Below are positions 1-14,400 of a stretch of 64,000 bases of DNA, in pieces. A model generated the notes under the pieces. It saw only the letters and a program-made list of their open reading frames with translations. It was not told the origin of the DNA and did no database searches. Position 1 is the first letter of the stretch. Each line of letters starts with the position of its first letter. Source of the stretch: Eledone cirrhosa (Eukaryota). A program made the position numbers and the translations under genes. The DNA is taken from assembly GCA_964016885.1 (NCBI GenBank), contig OZ024741.1, positions 244,466,001 through 244,530,000 of the forward strand, in the 5' to 3' direction.

Positions 1-1031
1 CGCCGCCGGACTTCAGCTTCCACATTTAGCATGGGCAGCTTTTCTTGAAAATCACACCACACTCAGCAAATGTGTGTCAGCACATGTACCAGTAATTACA
101 GATCGATCGGACCACGGGCGGCCGGCTCACGATCGAAAAGGTAACTCCGCCGGCAAATCCGCATTTTTGTGATTCGTTTCTTCGAAGCACACCATTCGCC
201 GCCGGACTTCAGCTTCCTCATTTAGCATGGGCAGCTTTTCTTGAAAATCACACCACACTCAGCAAATGTGTGTCTGCACATGTACCAGTAATTACAGATC
301 GATCCGACCGCGGGCGGCCTGCCCACGATCGAAAAGGTAACTCCGCAGGCAAATTCGCATTTTTGTGATTCGTTTCTTCGAAGCACACCATTCGCTGGTG
401 GACTTCAGCTTCGTCATTTAGCATGGGCAGCTTTTCTTGAAAATCACACCACACTCAGAAAATGAGTGTCTGCACATGTACCAGTAATTACAGATCGATC
501 CGCCCACGGGTAGCCGGCCCACGATCGAAAATGTAACTCCGCCGGCAAATCCGCATTTTTGTGATTCGTTTCTTCGAAGCACACCATTCGCCGCCGGACT
601 TCAGCTTCCACATTTAGCATGGGCAGCTTTTCTTGAAAATCACACCACACTCAGCAAATGTGTGTCTGCACATGTACCAGTAATTACAGATCGATCGGAC
701 CACGGGCGGCCGGCTCACGATCTAAAAGGTAACTCCGCCGGCAAATCCGCATTTTTGTGATTCGTTTCTTCGAAGCACACCATTCGCCGCCGGACTTCAG
801 CTTCCTCATTTAGCATGGGCAGCTTTTCTTGAAAATCACACCACACTCAGCAAATGTGTGTCTGCACATGTACCAGTAATTACAGATCGATCCGCCCACG
901 GGTAGCCGGCCCACGATAGAAAATGTAACTCCGCCGGCAAATCCGCATTTTTGTGATTCGTTTCTTCGAAGCACACCATTCGCCGCCGGACTTCAGCTTC
1001 CACATTTAGCATGGGCAGCTTTTCTTGAAAA

Positions 1032-3383
1032 TCACACCACACTCAGCAAATGTGTGTCTGCACATGTACCAGTAATTACAGATCGATCCGACCACGGGCG
1101 GCCTGCCCACGATCGAAGAGGTAACTCCGCAGGCAAATTCGCATTTTTGTGATTCGTTTCTTCGAAGCACACCATTCGCTGGTGGACTTCAGCTTCCTCA
1201 TTTAGCATGGGCAGCTTTTCTTGAAAATCACACCACACTCAGCAAATGTGTGTCTGCACATGTACCAGTAATTACAGATCGATCGGACCACGGGCGGCCG
1301 GCTCACGATCGAAAAGGTAACTCCGCCGGCAAATCCGCATTTTTGTGATTCGTTTCTTCGAAGCTCACCATTCGCCGCCGGACTTCAGCTTCCTCATTTA
1401 GCATGGGCAGCTTTTCTCGAAAATCACAACACACTCAGCAAATGTGTGTCTGCACATGTACCAGTAATTACGGATCGATCCGACCTGGGGCGGCCGGCCC
1501 ACGATCGAAAAGGTAACTCCGGCGGCAAATTCGCATTTTTGTGATTCGTTTCTTTGAAGCACACCATTCGCTGGTGGACTTCAGCTTCCTCATTTAGCAT
1601 GGGCAGCTTTTCTTGAAAATCACACCACACACAGCCAATGAGTGTCTGCACATGTACCAGTAATTACAGATCGATACGACCACGGGCGGCCTGCCCACGA
1701 TCGAAAAGGTAACTCCGCAGGCAAATTCGCATTTTTGTGATTCGTTTCTTCGAAGCACACCATTCGCTGGTGGACTTCAGCTTCGTCATTTAGCATGGGC
1801 AGCTTTTCTTGAAAATCACACCACACTCAGCAAATGTGTGTCTACACATGTACAAGTAATTACAGATCGATCCGCCCACGGGTAGCCGGCCCACGATCGA
1901 AAATGTAACTCCGCCGGCAAATCCGCATTTTTGTGATTCGTTTCTTCGAAGCACACCATTCGCCGCCGGACTTCAGCTTCCACATTTAGCATGGGCAGCT
2001 TTTCTTGAAAATCACACCACACTCAGCAAATGTGTGTCTGCACATGTACCAGTAATTACAGATCGATCCGCCCACGGGTGGCCGGCCCACGATCGAAAAT
2101 ATAACTCCGCCGGCAAATCCGCATTTTTGTGATTCGTTTCTTCGAAGCACACCATTCGCCGCCGGACTTCAGCTTCCACATTTGGCATGTGCAGCTTTTC
2201 TTGAAAATCACACCACACACAGCCAATCTGTGTCTGCACATGTACCAGTAATTACAGATCGATCCGACCAAGGGCGGCCGGCCCACGATCGAAAAGGTAA
2301 CTCCGCCGGCAAATCCGCATTTTTGTGATTCGTTTCTTCGAAGCACACCATTCGCTGGTGGACTTCAGCTTCCTCATTTAGCATGGGCAGCTTTTCTTGA
2401 AAATCACACCACACTCAGCAAATGTGTGTCTGCACATGTACCAGTAATTACAGATCGATCCGACCACGGGCGGTCAGCCCACGATCGAAAAGGTAACTCC
2501 GCCGGCAATTCCGCATTTTTGTGATTCGTTTCTTCGAAGCACACCATTCGCCGCCGGACTTCAGCTTCCACATTTAGCATGGGCAGCTTTTCTTGAAAAT
2601 CACACCACACTCAGCAAATGTGTGTCTGCACATGTACCAGTAATTACAGATCGATCGGACCACGCGCGGCCGGCTCACGATCGAAAAGGTAACTCCGCCG
2701 GCAAATCCGCATTTTTGTGATTCGTTTCTTCGAAGCACACCATTCGCCGCCGGACTTCAGCTTCCTCATTTAGCATGGGCAGCTTTTCTTGAAAATCACA
2801 CCACACTCAGCAAATGTGTGTCTGCACATGTACCAGTAATTACAGATCGATCCGACCGCGGGCGGCCTGCCCACGATCGAAAAGGTAACTCCGCAGGCAA
2901 ATTCGCATTTTTGTGATTCGTTTCTTCGAAGCACACCATTCGCTGGTGGACTTCAGCTTCGTCATTTAGCATGGGCAGCTTTTCTTGAAAATCACACCAC
3001 ACTCAGAAAATGTGTGTCTGCACATGTACCAGTAATTACAGATCGATCCGCCCACGGGTAGCCGGCCCACGATCGAAAATGTAACTCCGCCGGCAAATCC
3101 GCATTTTTGTGATTCGTTTCTTCGAAGCACACCATTCGCCGCCGGACTTCAGCTTCCACATTTAGCATGGGCAGCTTTTCTTGATAATCACACCACACTC
3201 AGCAAATGTGTGTCTGCACATGTACCAGTAATTACAGATCGATCCGCCCACGGGTAGCCGGCCCACGATAGAAAATGTAACTCCGCCGGCAAATCCGCAT
3301 TTTTGTGATTCGTTTCTTCGAAGCACACCATTCGCCGCCGGACTTCAGCTTCCACATTTAGCATGGGCAGCTTTTCTTGAAAA
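1032..3383. repeat. 12-monomer HOR unit (2352 bp); second copy at 31216-33567
   Basis: The same order of 12 variant types lies between GAAGAGG-type monomers at 1032 and 3384, and again between 31216 and 33568. Both intervals are 2352 bp and include the AGAAAA/TTGATAAT and GATAGAAA monomers. Confidence 0.85.
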
Positions 3384-6300
3384 TCACACCACACTCAGCA
3401 AATGTGTGTCTGCACATGTACCAGTAATTACAGATCGATCCGACCACGGGCGGCCTGCCCACGATCGAAGAGGTAACTCCGCAGGCAAATTCGCATTTTT
3501 GTGATTCGTTTCTTCGAAGCACACCATTCGCTGGTGGACTTCAGCTTCCTCATTTAGCATGGGCAGCTTTTCTTGAAAATCACACCACACTCAGCAAATG
3601 TGTGTCTGCACATGTACCAGTAATTACAGATCGATCGGACCACGGGCGGCCGGCTCACGATCTAAAAGGTAACTCCGCCGGCAAATCCGCATTTTTGTGA
3701 TTCGTTTCTTCGAAGCTCACCATTCGCCGCCGGACTTCAGCTTCCTCATTTAGCATGGGCAGCTTTTCTCGAAAATCACAACACACTCAGCAAATGTGTG
3801 TCTGCACATGTACCAGTAATTACAGATCGATCCGACCTGGGGCGGCCGGCCCACGATCGAAAAGGTAACTCCGGCGGCAAATTCGCATTTTTGTGATTCG
3901 TTTCTTTGAAGCACACCATTCGCTGGTGGACTTCAGCTTCCTCATTTAGCATGGGCAGCTTTTCTTGAAAATCACACCACACACAGCCAATGAGTGTCTG
4001 CACATGTACCAGTAATTACAGATCGATCCGCCCACGGGTAGCCGGCCCACGATCGAAAATATAACTCCGCCGGCAAATCCGCATTTTTGTGATTCGTTTC
4101 TTCGAAGCACACCATTCGCCGCCGGACTTCAGCTTCCTCATTTAGCATGGGCAGCTTTTCTTGAAAATCACACCACACTCAGCAAATGTGTGTCTGCACA
4201 TGTACCAGTAATTACAGATCGATCCGACCACGGGCGGTCAGCCCACGATCGAAAAGGTAACTCCGCCGGCAAATCCGCATTTTTGTGATTCGTTTCTTCG
4301 AAGCACACCATTCGCCGCCGGACTTCAGCTTCCACATTTAGCATGGGCAGCTTTTCTTGAAAATCACACCACACTCAGCAAATGTGTGTCTGCACATGTA
4401 CCAGTAATTACAGATCGATCGGACCACGGGCGGCCGGCTCACGATCGAAAAGGTAACTCCGCCGGCAAATCCGCATTTTTGTGATTCGTTTCTTCGAAGC
4501 ACACCATTCGCCGCCGGACTTCAGCTTCCTAATTTAGCATGGGCAGCTTTTCTTGAAAATCACACCACACTCAGCAAATGTGTGTCTGCACATGTACCAG
4601 TAATTACAGATCGATCCGCCCACGGGTAGCCGGCCCACGATAGAAAATGTAACTCCGCCGGCAAATCCGCATTTTTGTGATTCGTTTCTTCGAAGCACAC
4701 CATTCGCCGCCGGACTTCAGCTTCCACATTTAGCATGGGCAGCTTTTCTTGAAAATCACACCACACTCAGCAAATGTGTGTCTGCACATGTACCAGTAAT
4801 TACAGATCGATCCGACCACGGGCGGCCGGCTCACGATCAAAAAGGTAACTCCGCCGGCAAATCCGCATTTTTGTGATTCGTTTCTTCGAAGCTCACCATT
4901 CGCCGCCGGACTTCAGCTTCCTCATTTAGCATGGGCAGCTTTTCTCGAAAATCACAACACACTCAGCAAATGTGTGTCTGCACATGTACCAGTAATTACA
5001 GATCGATCCGACCTGGGGCGGCCGGCCCACGATCGAAAAGGTAACTCCGGCGGCAAATTCGCATTTTTGTGATTCGTTTCTTTGAAGCACACCATTCGCT
5101 GGTGGACTTCAGCTTCCTCATTTAGCATGGGCAGCTTTTCTTGAAAATCACACCACACACAGCCAATGAGTGTCTGCACATGTACCAGTAATTACAGATC
5201 GATACGACCACGGGCGGCCTGCCCACGATCGAAAAGGTAACTCCGCAGGCAAATTCGCATTTTTGTGATTCGTTTCTTCGAAGCACACCATTCGCTGGTG
5301 GACTTCAGCTTCGTCATTTAGCATGGGCAGCTTTTCTTGAAAATCACACCACACTCAGCAAATGTGTGTCTGCACATGTACCAGTAATTACAGATCGATC
5401 CGCCCACGGGTAGCCGGCCCACGATCGAAAATGTAACTCCGCCGGCAAATCCGCATTTTTGTGATTCGTTTCTTCGAAGCACACCATTCGCCGCCGGACT
5501 TCAGCTTCCACATTTAGCATGGGCAGCTTTTCTTGAAAATCACACCACACTCAGCAAATGTGTGTCTGCACATGTACCAGTAATTACAGATCGATCCGCC
5601 CACGGGTGGCCGGCCCACGATCGAAAATGTAACTCCGCCGGCAAATCCGCATTTTTGTGATTCGTTTCTTCGAAGCACACCATTCGCCGCCGGACTTCAG
5701 CTTCCACATTTGGCATGTGCAGCTTTTCTTGAAAATCACACCACACACAGCCAATCTGTGTCTGCACATGTACCAGTAATTACAGATCGATCCGACCAAG
5801 GGCGGCCGGCCCACGATCGAAAAGGTAACTCCGCCGGCAAATCCGCATTTTTGTGATTCGTTTCTTCGAAGCACACCATTCGCTGGTGGACTTCAGCTTC
5901 CTCATTTAGCATGGGCAGCTTTTCTTGAAAATCACACCACACTCAGCAAATGTGTGTCTGCACATGTACCAGTAATTACAGATCGATCCGACCACGGGCG
6001 GTCAGCCCACGATCGAAAAGGTAACTCCGCCGGCAATTCCGCATTTTTGTGATTCGTTTCTTCGAAGCACACCATTCGCCGCCGGACTTCAGCTTCCACA
6101 TTTAGCATGGGCAGCTTTTCTTGAAAATCACACCACACTCAGCAAATGTGTGTCTGCACATGTACCAGTAATTACAGATCGATCGGACCACGGGCGGCCG
6201 GCTCACGATCGAAAAGGTAACTCCGCCGGCAAATCCGCATTTTTGTGATTCGTTTCTTCGAAGCACACCATTCGCCGCCGGACTTCAGCTTCCTCATTTA

Positions 6301-8479
6301 GCATGGGCAGCTTTTCTTGAAAATCACACCACACTCAGCAAATGTGTGTCTGCACATGTACCAGTAATTACAGATCGATCCGACCGCGGGCGGCCTGCCC
6401 ACGCTCGAAAAGGTAACTCCGCAGGCAAATTCGCATTTTTGTGATTCGTTTCTTCGAAGCACACCATTCGCTGGTGGACTTCAGCTTCGTCATTTAGCAT
6501 GGGCAGCTTTTCTTGAAAATCACACCACACTCAGAAAATGTGTGTCTGCACATGTACCAGTAATTACAGATCGATCCGCCCACGGGTAGCCGGCCCACGA
6601 TAGAAAATGTAACTCCGCCGGCAAATCCGCATTTTTGTGATTCGTTTCTTCGAAGCACACCATTCGCCGCCGGACTTCAGCTTCCACATTTAGCATGGGC
6701 AGCTTTTCTTGAAAATCACACCACACTCAGCAAATGTGTGTCTGCACATGTACCAGTAATTACAGATCGATCCGACCACGGGCGGCCTGCCCACGATCGA
6801 AGAGGTAACTCCGCAGGCAAATTCGCATTTTTGTGATTCGTTTCTTCGAAGCACACCATTCGCTGGTGGACTTCAGCTTCCTCATTTAGCATGGGCAGCT
6901 TTTCTTGAAAATCACACCACACTCAGCAAATGTGTGTCTGCACATGTACCAGTAATTACAGATCGATCGGACCACGGGCGGCCGGCTCACGATCGAAAAG
7001 GTAACTCCGCCGGCAAATCCGCATTTTTGTGATTCGTTTCTTCGAAGCTCACCATTCGCCGCCGGACTTCAGCTTCCTCATTTAGCATGGGCAGCTTTTC
7101 TCGAAAATCACAACACACTCAGCAAATGTGTGTCTGCACATGTACCAGTAATTACAGATCGATCCGACCTGGGGCGGCCGGCCCACGATCGAAAAGGTAA
7201 CTCCGGCGGCAAATTCGCATTTTTGTGATTCGTTTCTTTGAAGCACACCATTCGCTGGTGGACTTCAGCTTCCTCATTTAGCATGGGCAGCTTTTCTTGA
7301 AAATCACACCACACACAGCCAATGAGTGTCTGCACATGTACCAGTAATTACAGATCGATCCGCCCACGGGTAGCCGGCCCACGATCGAAAATATAACTCC
7401 GCCGGCAAATCCGCATTTTTGTGATTCGTTTCTTCGAAGCACACCATTCGCCGCCGGACTTCAGCTTCCTCATTTAGCATGGGCAGCTTTTCTTGAAAAT
7501 CACACCACACTCAGCAAATGTGTGTCTGCACATGTACCAGTAATTACAGATCGATCCGACCACGGGCGGTCAGCCCACGATCGAAAAGGTAACTCCGCCG
7601 GCAAATCCGCATTTTTGTGATTCGTTTCTTCGAAGCACACCATTCGCCGCCGGACTTCAGCTTCCACATTTAGCATGGGCAGCTTTTCTTGAAAATCACA
7701 CCACACTCAGCAAATGTGTGTCTGCACATGTACCAGTAATTACAGATCGATCCGACCGCGGGCGGCCTGCCCACGATCGAAAAGGTAACTCCGCAGGCAA
7801 ATTCGCATTTTTGTGATTCGTTTCTTCGAAGCACACCATTCGCTGGTGGACTTCAGCTTCGTCATTTAGCATGGGCAGCTTTTCTTGAAAATCACACCAC
7901 ACTCAGCAAATGTGTGTCTGCACATGTACCAGTAATTACAGATCGATCCGACCGCGGGCGGCCTGCCCACGCTCGAAAAGGTAACTCCGCAGGCAAATTC
8001 GCATTTTTGTGATTCGTTTCTTCGAAGCACACCATTCGCTGGTGGACTTCAGCTTCGTCATTTAGCATGGGCAGCTTTTCTTGAAAATCACACCACACTC
8101 AGAAAATGTGTGTCTGCACATGTACCAGTAATTACAGATCGATCCGCCCACGGGTAGCCGGCCCACGATCGAAAATGTAACTCCGCCGGCAAATCCGCAT
8201 TTTTGTGATTCGTTTCTTCGAAGCACACCATTCGCCGCCGGACTTCAGCTTCCACATTTAGCATGGGCAGCTTTTCTTGATAATCACACCACACTCAGCA
8301 AATGTGTGTCTGCACATGTACCAGTAATTACAGATCGATCCGCCCACGGGTAGCCGGCCCACGATAGAAAATGTAACTCCGCCGGCAAATCCGCATTTTT
8401 GTGATTCGTTTCTTCGAAGCACACCATTCGCCGCCGGACTTCAGCTTCCACATTTAGCATGGGCAGCTTTTCTTGAAAA

Positions 8480-11400
8480 TCACACCACACTCAGCAAATG
8501 TGTGTCTGCACATGTACCAGTAATTACAGATCGATCCGACCACGGGCGGCCTGCCCACGATCGAAGAGGTAACTCCGCAGGCAAATTCGCATTTTTGTGA
8601 TTCGTTTCTTCGAAGCACACCATTCGCTGGTGGACTTCAGCTTCCTCATTTAGCATGGGCAGCTTTTCTTGAAAATCACACCACACTCAGCAAATGTGTG
8701 TCTGCACATGTACCAGTAATTACAGATCGATCGGACCACGGGCGGCCGGCTCACGATCGAAAAGGTAACTCCGCCGGCAAATCCGCATTTTTGTGATTCG
8801 TTTCTTCGAAGCTCACCATTCGCCGCCGGACTTCAGCTTCCTCATTTAGCATGGGCAGCTTTTCTCGAAAATCACAACACACTCAGCAAATGTGTGTCTG
8901 CACATGTACCAGTAATTACAGATCGATCCGACCTGGGGCGGCCGGCCCACGATCGAAAAGGTAACTCCGGCGGCAAATTCGCATTTTTGTGATTCGTTTC
9001 TTTGAAGCACACCATTCGCTGGTGGACTTCAGCTTCCTCATTTAGCATGGGCAGCTTTTCTTGAAAATCACACCACACACAGCCAATGAGTGTCTGCACA
9101 TGTACCAGTAATTACAGATCGATCCGCCCACGGGTAGCCGGCCCACGATCGAAAATATAACTCCGCCGGCAAATCCGCATTTTTGTGATTCGTTTCTTCG
9201 AAGCACACCATTCGCCGCCGGACTTCAGCTTCCTCATTTAGCATGGGCAGCTTTTCTTGAAAATCACACCACACTCAGCAAATGTGTGTCTGCACATGTA
9301 CCAGTAATTACAGATCGATCCGACCACGGGCGGTCAGCCCACGATCGAAAAGGTAACTCCGCCGGCAAATCCGCATTTTTGTGATTCGTTTCTTCGAAGC
9401 ACACCATTCGCCGCCGGACTTCAGCTTCCACATTTAGCATGGGCAGCTTTTCTTGAAAATCACACCACACTCAGCAAATGTGTGTCTGCACATGTACCAG
9501 TAATTACAGATCGATCCGACCGCGGGCGGCCTGCCCACGATCGAAAAGGTAACTCCGCAGGCAAATTCGCATTTTTGTGATTCGTTTCTTCGAAGCACAC
9601 CATTCGCTGGTGGACTTCAGCTTCGTCATTTAGCATGGGCAGCTTTTCTTGAAAATCACACCACACTCAGCAAATGTGTGTCTGCACATGTACCAGTAAT
9701 TACAGATCGATCCGACCACGGGCGGCCTGCCCACGATCGAAGAGGTAACTCCGCAGGCAAATTCGCATTTTTGTGATTCGTTTCTTCGAAGCACACCATT
9801 CGCTGGTGGACTTCAGCTTCCTCATTTAGCATGGGCAGCTTTTCTTGAAAATCACACCACACTCAGCAAATGTGTGTGTGCACATGTACCAGTAATTACA
9901 GATCGATCGGACCACGGGCGGCCGGCTCACGATCGAAAAGGTAACTCCGCCGGCAAATCCGCATTTTTGTGATTCGTTTCTTCGAAGCTCACCATTCGCC
10001 GCCGGACTTCAGCTTCCTCATTTAGCATGGGCAGCTTTTCTCGAAAATCACAACACACTCAGCAAATGTGTGTCTGCACATGTACCAGTAATTACAGATC
10101 GATCCGACCTGGGGCGGCCGGTCCACGATCGAAAAGGTAACTCCGGCGGCAAATTCGCATTTTTGTGATTCGTTTCTTTGAAGCACACCTTTCGCTGGTG
10201 GACTTCAGCTTCCTCATTTAGCATGGGCAGCTTTTCTTGAAAATCACACCACACTCAGAAAATGTGTGTCTGCACATGTACCAGTAATTACAGATCGATC
10301 CGCCCACGGGTAGCCGGCCCACGATCGAAAATGTAACTCCGCCGGCAAATCCGCATTTTTGTGATTCGTTTCTTCGAAGCACACCATTCGCCGCCGGACT
10401 TCAGCTTCCACATTTAGCATGGGCAGCTTTTCTTGATAATCACACCACACTCAGCAAATGTGTGTCTGCACATGTACCAGTAATTACAGATCGATCCGCC
10501 CACGGGTAGCCGGCCCACGATAGAAAATGTAACTCCGCCGGCAAATCCGCATTTTTGTGATTCGTTTCTTCGAAGCACACCATTCGCCGCCGGACTTCAG
10601 CTTCCACATTTAGCATGGGCAGCTTTTCTTGAAAATCACACCACACTCAGCAAATGTGTGTCTGCACATGTACCAGTAATTACAGATCGATCCGACCACG
10701 GGCGGCCTGCCCACGATCGAAGAGGTAACTCCGCAGGCAAATTCGCATTTTTGTGATTCGTTTCTTCGAAGCACACCATTCGCTGGTGGACTTCAGCTTC
10801 CTCATTTAGCATGGGCAGCTTTTCTTGAAAATCACACCACACTCAGCAAATGTGTGTCTGCACATGTACCAGTAATTACAGATCGATCGGACCACGGGCG
10901 GCCGGCTCACGATCGAAAAGGTAACTCCGCCGGCAAATCCGCATTTTTGTGATTCGTTTCTTCGAAGCTCACCATTCGCCGCCGGACTTCAGCTTCCTCA
11001 TTTAGCATGGGCAGCTTTTCTCGAAAATCACAACACACTCAGCAAATGTGTGTCTGCACATGTACCAGTAATTACAGATCGATCCGACCTGGGGCGGCCG
11101 GCCCACGATCGAAAAGGTAACTCCGGCGGCAAATTCGCATTTTTGTGATTCGTTTCTTTGAAGCACACCATTCGCTGGTGGACTTCAGCTTCCTCATTTA
11201 GCATGGGCAGCTTTTCTTGAAAATCACACCACACACAGCCAATGAGTGTCTGCACATGTACCAGTAATTACAGATCGATCCGCCCACGGGTAGCCGGCCC
11301 ACGATCGAAAATATAACTCCGCCGGCAAATCCGCATTTTTGTGATTCGTTTCTTCGAAGCACACCATTCGCCGCCGGACTTCAGCTTCCTCATTTAGCAT

Positions 11401-14400
11401 GGGCAGCTTTTCTTGAAAATCACACCACACTCAGCAAATGTGTGTCTGCACATGTACCAGTAATTACAGATCGATCCGACCACGGGCGGTCAGCCCACGA
11501 TCGAAAAGGTAACTCCGCCGGCAAATCCGCATTTTTGTGATTCGTTTCTTCGAAGCACACCATTCGCCGCCGGACTTCAGCTTCCACATTTAGCATGGGC
11601 AGCTTTTCTTGAAAATCACACCACACTCAGCAAATCTGTGTCTGCACATGTACCAGTAATTACAGATCGATCCGACCGCGGGCGGCCTGCCCACGATCGA
11701 AAAGGTAACTCCGCAGGCAAATTCGCATTTTTGTGATTCGTTTCTTCGAAGCACACCATTCGCTGGTGGACTTCAGCTTCGTCATTTAGCATGGGCAGCT
11801 TTTCTTGAAAATCACACCACACTCAGCAAATGTGTGTGTGCACATGTACCAGTAATTACAGATCGATCGGACCACGGGCGGCCGGCTCACGATCGAAAAG
11901 GTAACTCCGCCGGCAAATCCGCATTTTTGTGATTCGTTTCTTCGAAGCTCACCATTCGCCGCCGGACTTCAGCTTCCTCATTTAGCATGGGCAGCTTTTC
12001 TCGAAAATCACAACACACTCAGCAAATGTGTGTCTGCACATGTACCAGTAATTACAGATCGATCCGACCTGGGGCGGCCGGTCCACGATCGAAAAGGTAA
12101 CTCCGGCGGCAAATTCGCATTTTTGTGATTCGTTTCTTTGAAGCACACCTTTCGCTGGTGGACTTCAGCTTCCTCATTTAGCATGGGCAGCTTTTCTTGA
12201 AAATCACACCACACACAGCCAATGAGTGTCTGCACATGTACCAGTAATTACAGATCGATACGACCACGGGCGGCCTGCCCACGATCGAAAAGGTAACTCC
12301 GCAGGCAAATTCGCATTTTTGTGATTCGTTTCTTCGAAGCACACCATTCGCTGGTGGACTTCAGCTTCGTCATTTAGCATGGGCAGCTTTTCTTGAAAAT
12401 CACACCACACTCAGCAAATGTGTGTCTGCACATGTACCAGTAATTACAGATCGATCCGCCCACGGGTAGCCGGCCCACGATCGAAAATGTAACTCCGCCG
12501 GCAAATCCGCATTTTTGTGATTCGTTTCTTCGAAGCACACCATTCGCCGCCGGACTTCAGCTTCCACATTTAGCATGGGCAGCTTTTCTTGAAAATCACA
12601 CCACACTCAGCAAATGTGTGTCTGCACATGTACCAGTAATTACAGATCGATCCGCCCACGGGTGGCCGGCCCACGATCGAAAATGTAACTCCGCCGGCAA
12701 ATCCGCATTTTTGTGATTCGTTTCTTCGAAGCACACCATTCGCCGCCGGACTTCAGCTTCCACATTTGGCATGTGCAGCTTTTCTTGAAAATCACACCAC
12801 ACACAGCCAATCTGTGTCTGCACATGTACCAGTAATTACAGATCGATCCGACCAAGGGCGGCCGGCCCACGATCGAAAAGGTAACTCCGCCGGCAAATCC
12901 GCATTTTTGTGATTCGTTTCTTCGAAGCACACCATTCGCTGGTGGACTTCAGCTTCCTCATTTAGCATGGGCAGCTTTTCTTGAAAATCACACCACACTC
13001 AGCAAATGTGTGTCTGCACATGTACCAGTAATTACAGATCGATCCGACCACGGGCGGTCAGCCCACGATCGAAAAGGTAACTCCGCCGGCAAATCCGCAT
13101 TTTTGTGATTCGTTTCTTCGAAGCACACCATTCGCCGCCGGACTTCAGCTTCCACATTTAGCATGGGCAGCTTTTCTTGAAAATCACACCACACTCAGCA
13201 AATGTGTGTCTGCACATGTACCAGTAATTACAGATCGATCCGACCGCGGGCGGCCTGCCCACGATCGAAAAGGTAACTCCGCAGGCAAATTCGCATTTTT
13301 GTGATTCGTTTCTTCGAAGCACACCATTCGCTGGTGGACTTCAGCTTCGTCATTTAGCATGGGCAGCTTTTCTTGAAAATCACACCACACTCAGCAAATG
13401 TGTGTCTGCACATGTACCAGTAATTACAGATCGATCCGACCACGGGCGGCCTGCCCACGATCGAAGAGGTAACTCCGCAGGCAAATTCGCATTTTTGTGA
13501 TTCGTTTCTTCGAAGCACACCATTCGCTGGTGGACTTCAGCTTCCTCATTTAGCATGGGCAGCTTTTCTTGAAAATCACACCACACTCAGCAAATGTGTG
13601 TCTGCACATGTACCAGTAATTACAGATCGATCCGCCCACGGGTAGCCGGCCCACGATCGAAAATGTAACTCCGCCGGCAAATCCGCATTTTTGTGATTCG
13701 TTTCTTCGAAGCTCACCATTCGCCGCCGGACTTCAGCTTCCTCATTTAGCATGGGCAGCTTTTCTCGAAAATCACACCACACTCAGCAAATGTGTGTCTG
13801 CACATGTACCAGTAATTACAGATCGATCGGACCACGGGCGGCCGGCTCACGATCGAAAAGGTAACTCCGCCGGCAAATCCGCATTTTTGTGATTCGTTTC
13901 TTCGAAGCTCACCATTCGCCGCCGGACTTCAGCTTCCTCATTTAGCATGGGCAGCTTTTCTCGAAAATCACAACACACTCAGCAAATGTGTGTCTGCACA
14001 TGTACCAGTAATTACAGATCGATCCGACCTGGGGCGGCCGGCCCACGATCGAAAAGGTAACTCCGGCGGCAAATTCGCATTTTTGTGATTCGTTTCTTTG
14101 AAGCACACCATTCGCTGGTGGACTTCAGCTTCCTCATTTAGCATGGGCAGCTTTTCTTGAAAATCACACCACACACAGCCAATGAGTGTCTGCACATGTA
14201 CCAGTAATTACAGATCGATACGACCACGGGCGGCCTGCCCACGATCGAAAAGGTAACTCCGCAGGCAAATTCGCATTTTTGTGATTCGTTTCTTCGAAGC
14301 ACACCATTCGCTGGTGGACTTCAGCTTCGTCATTTAGCATGGGCAGCTTTTCTTGAAAATCACACCACACTCAGCAAATGTGTGTCTGCACATGTACCAG

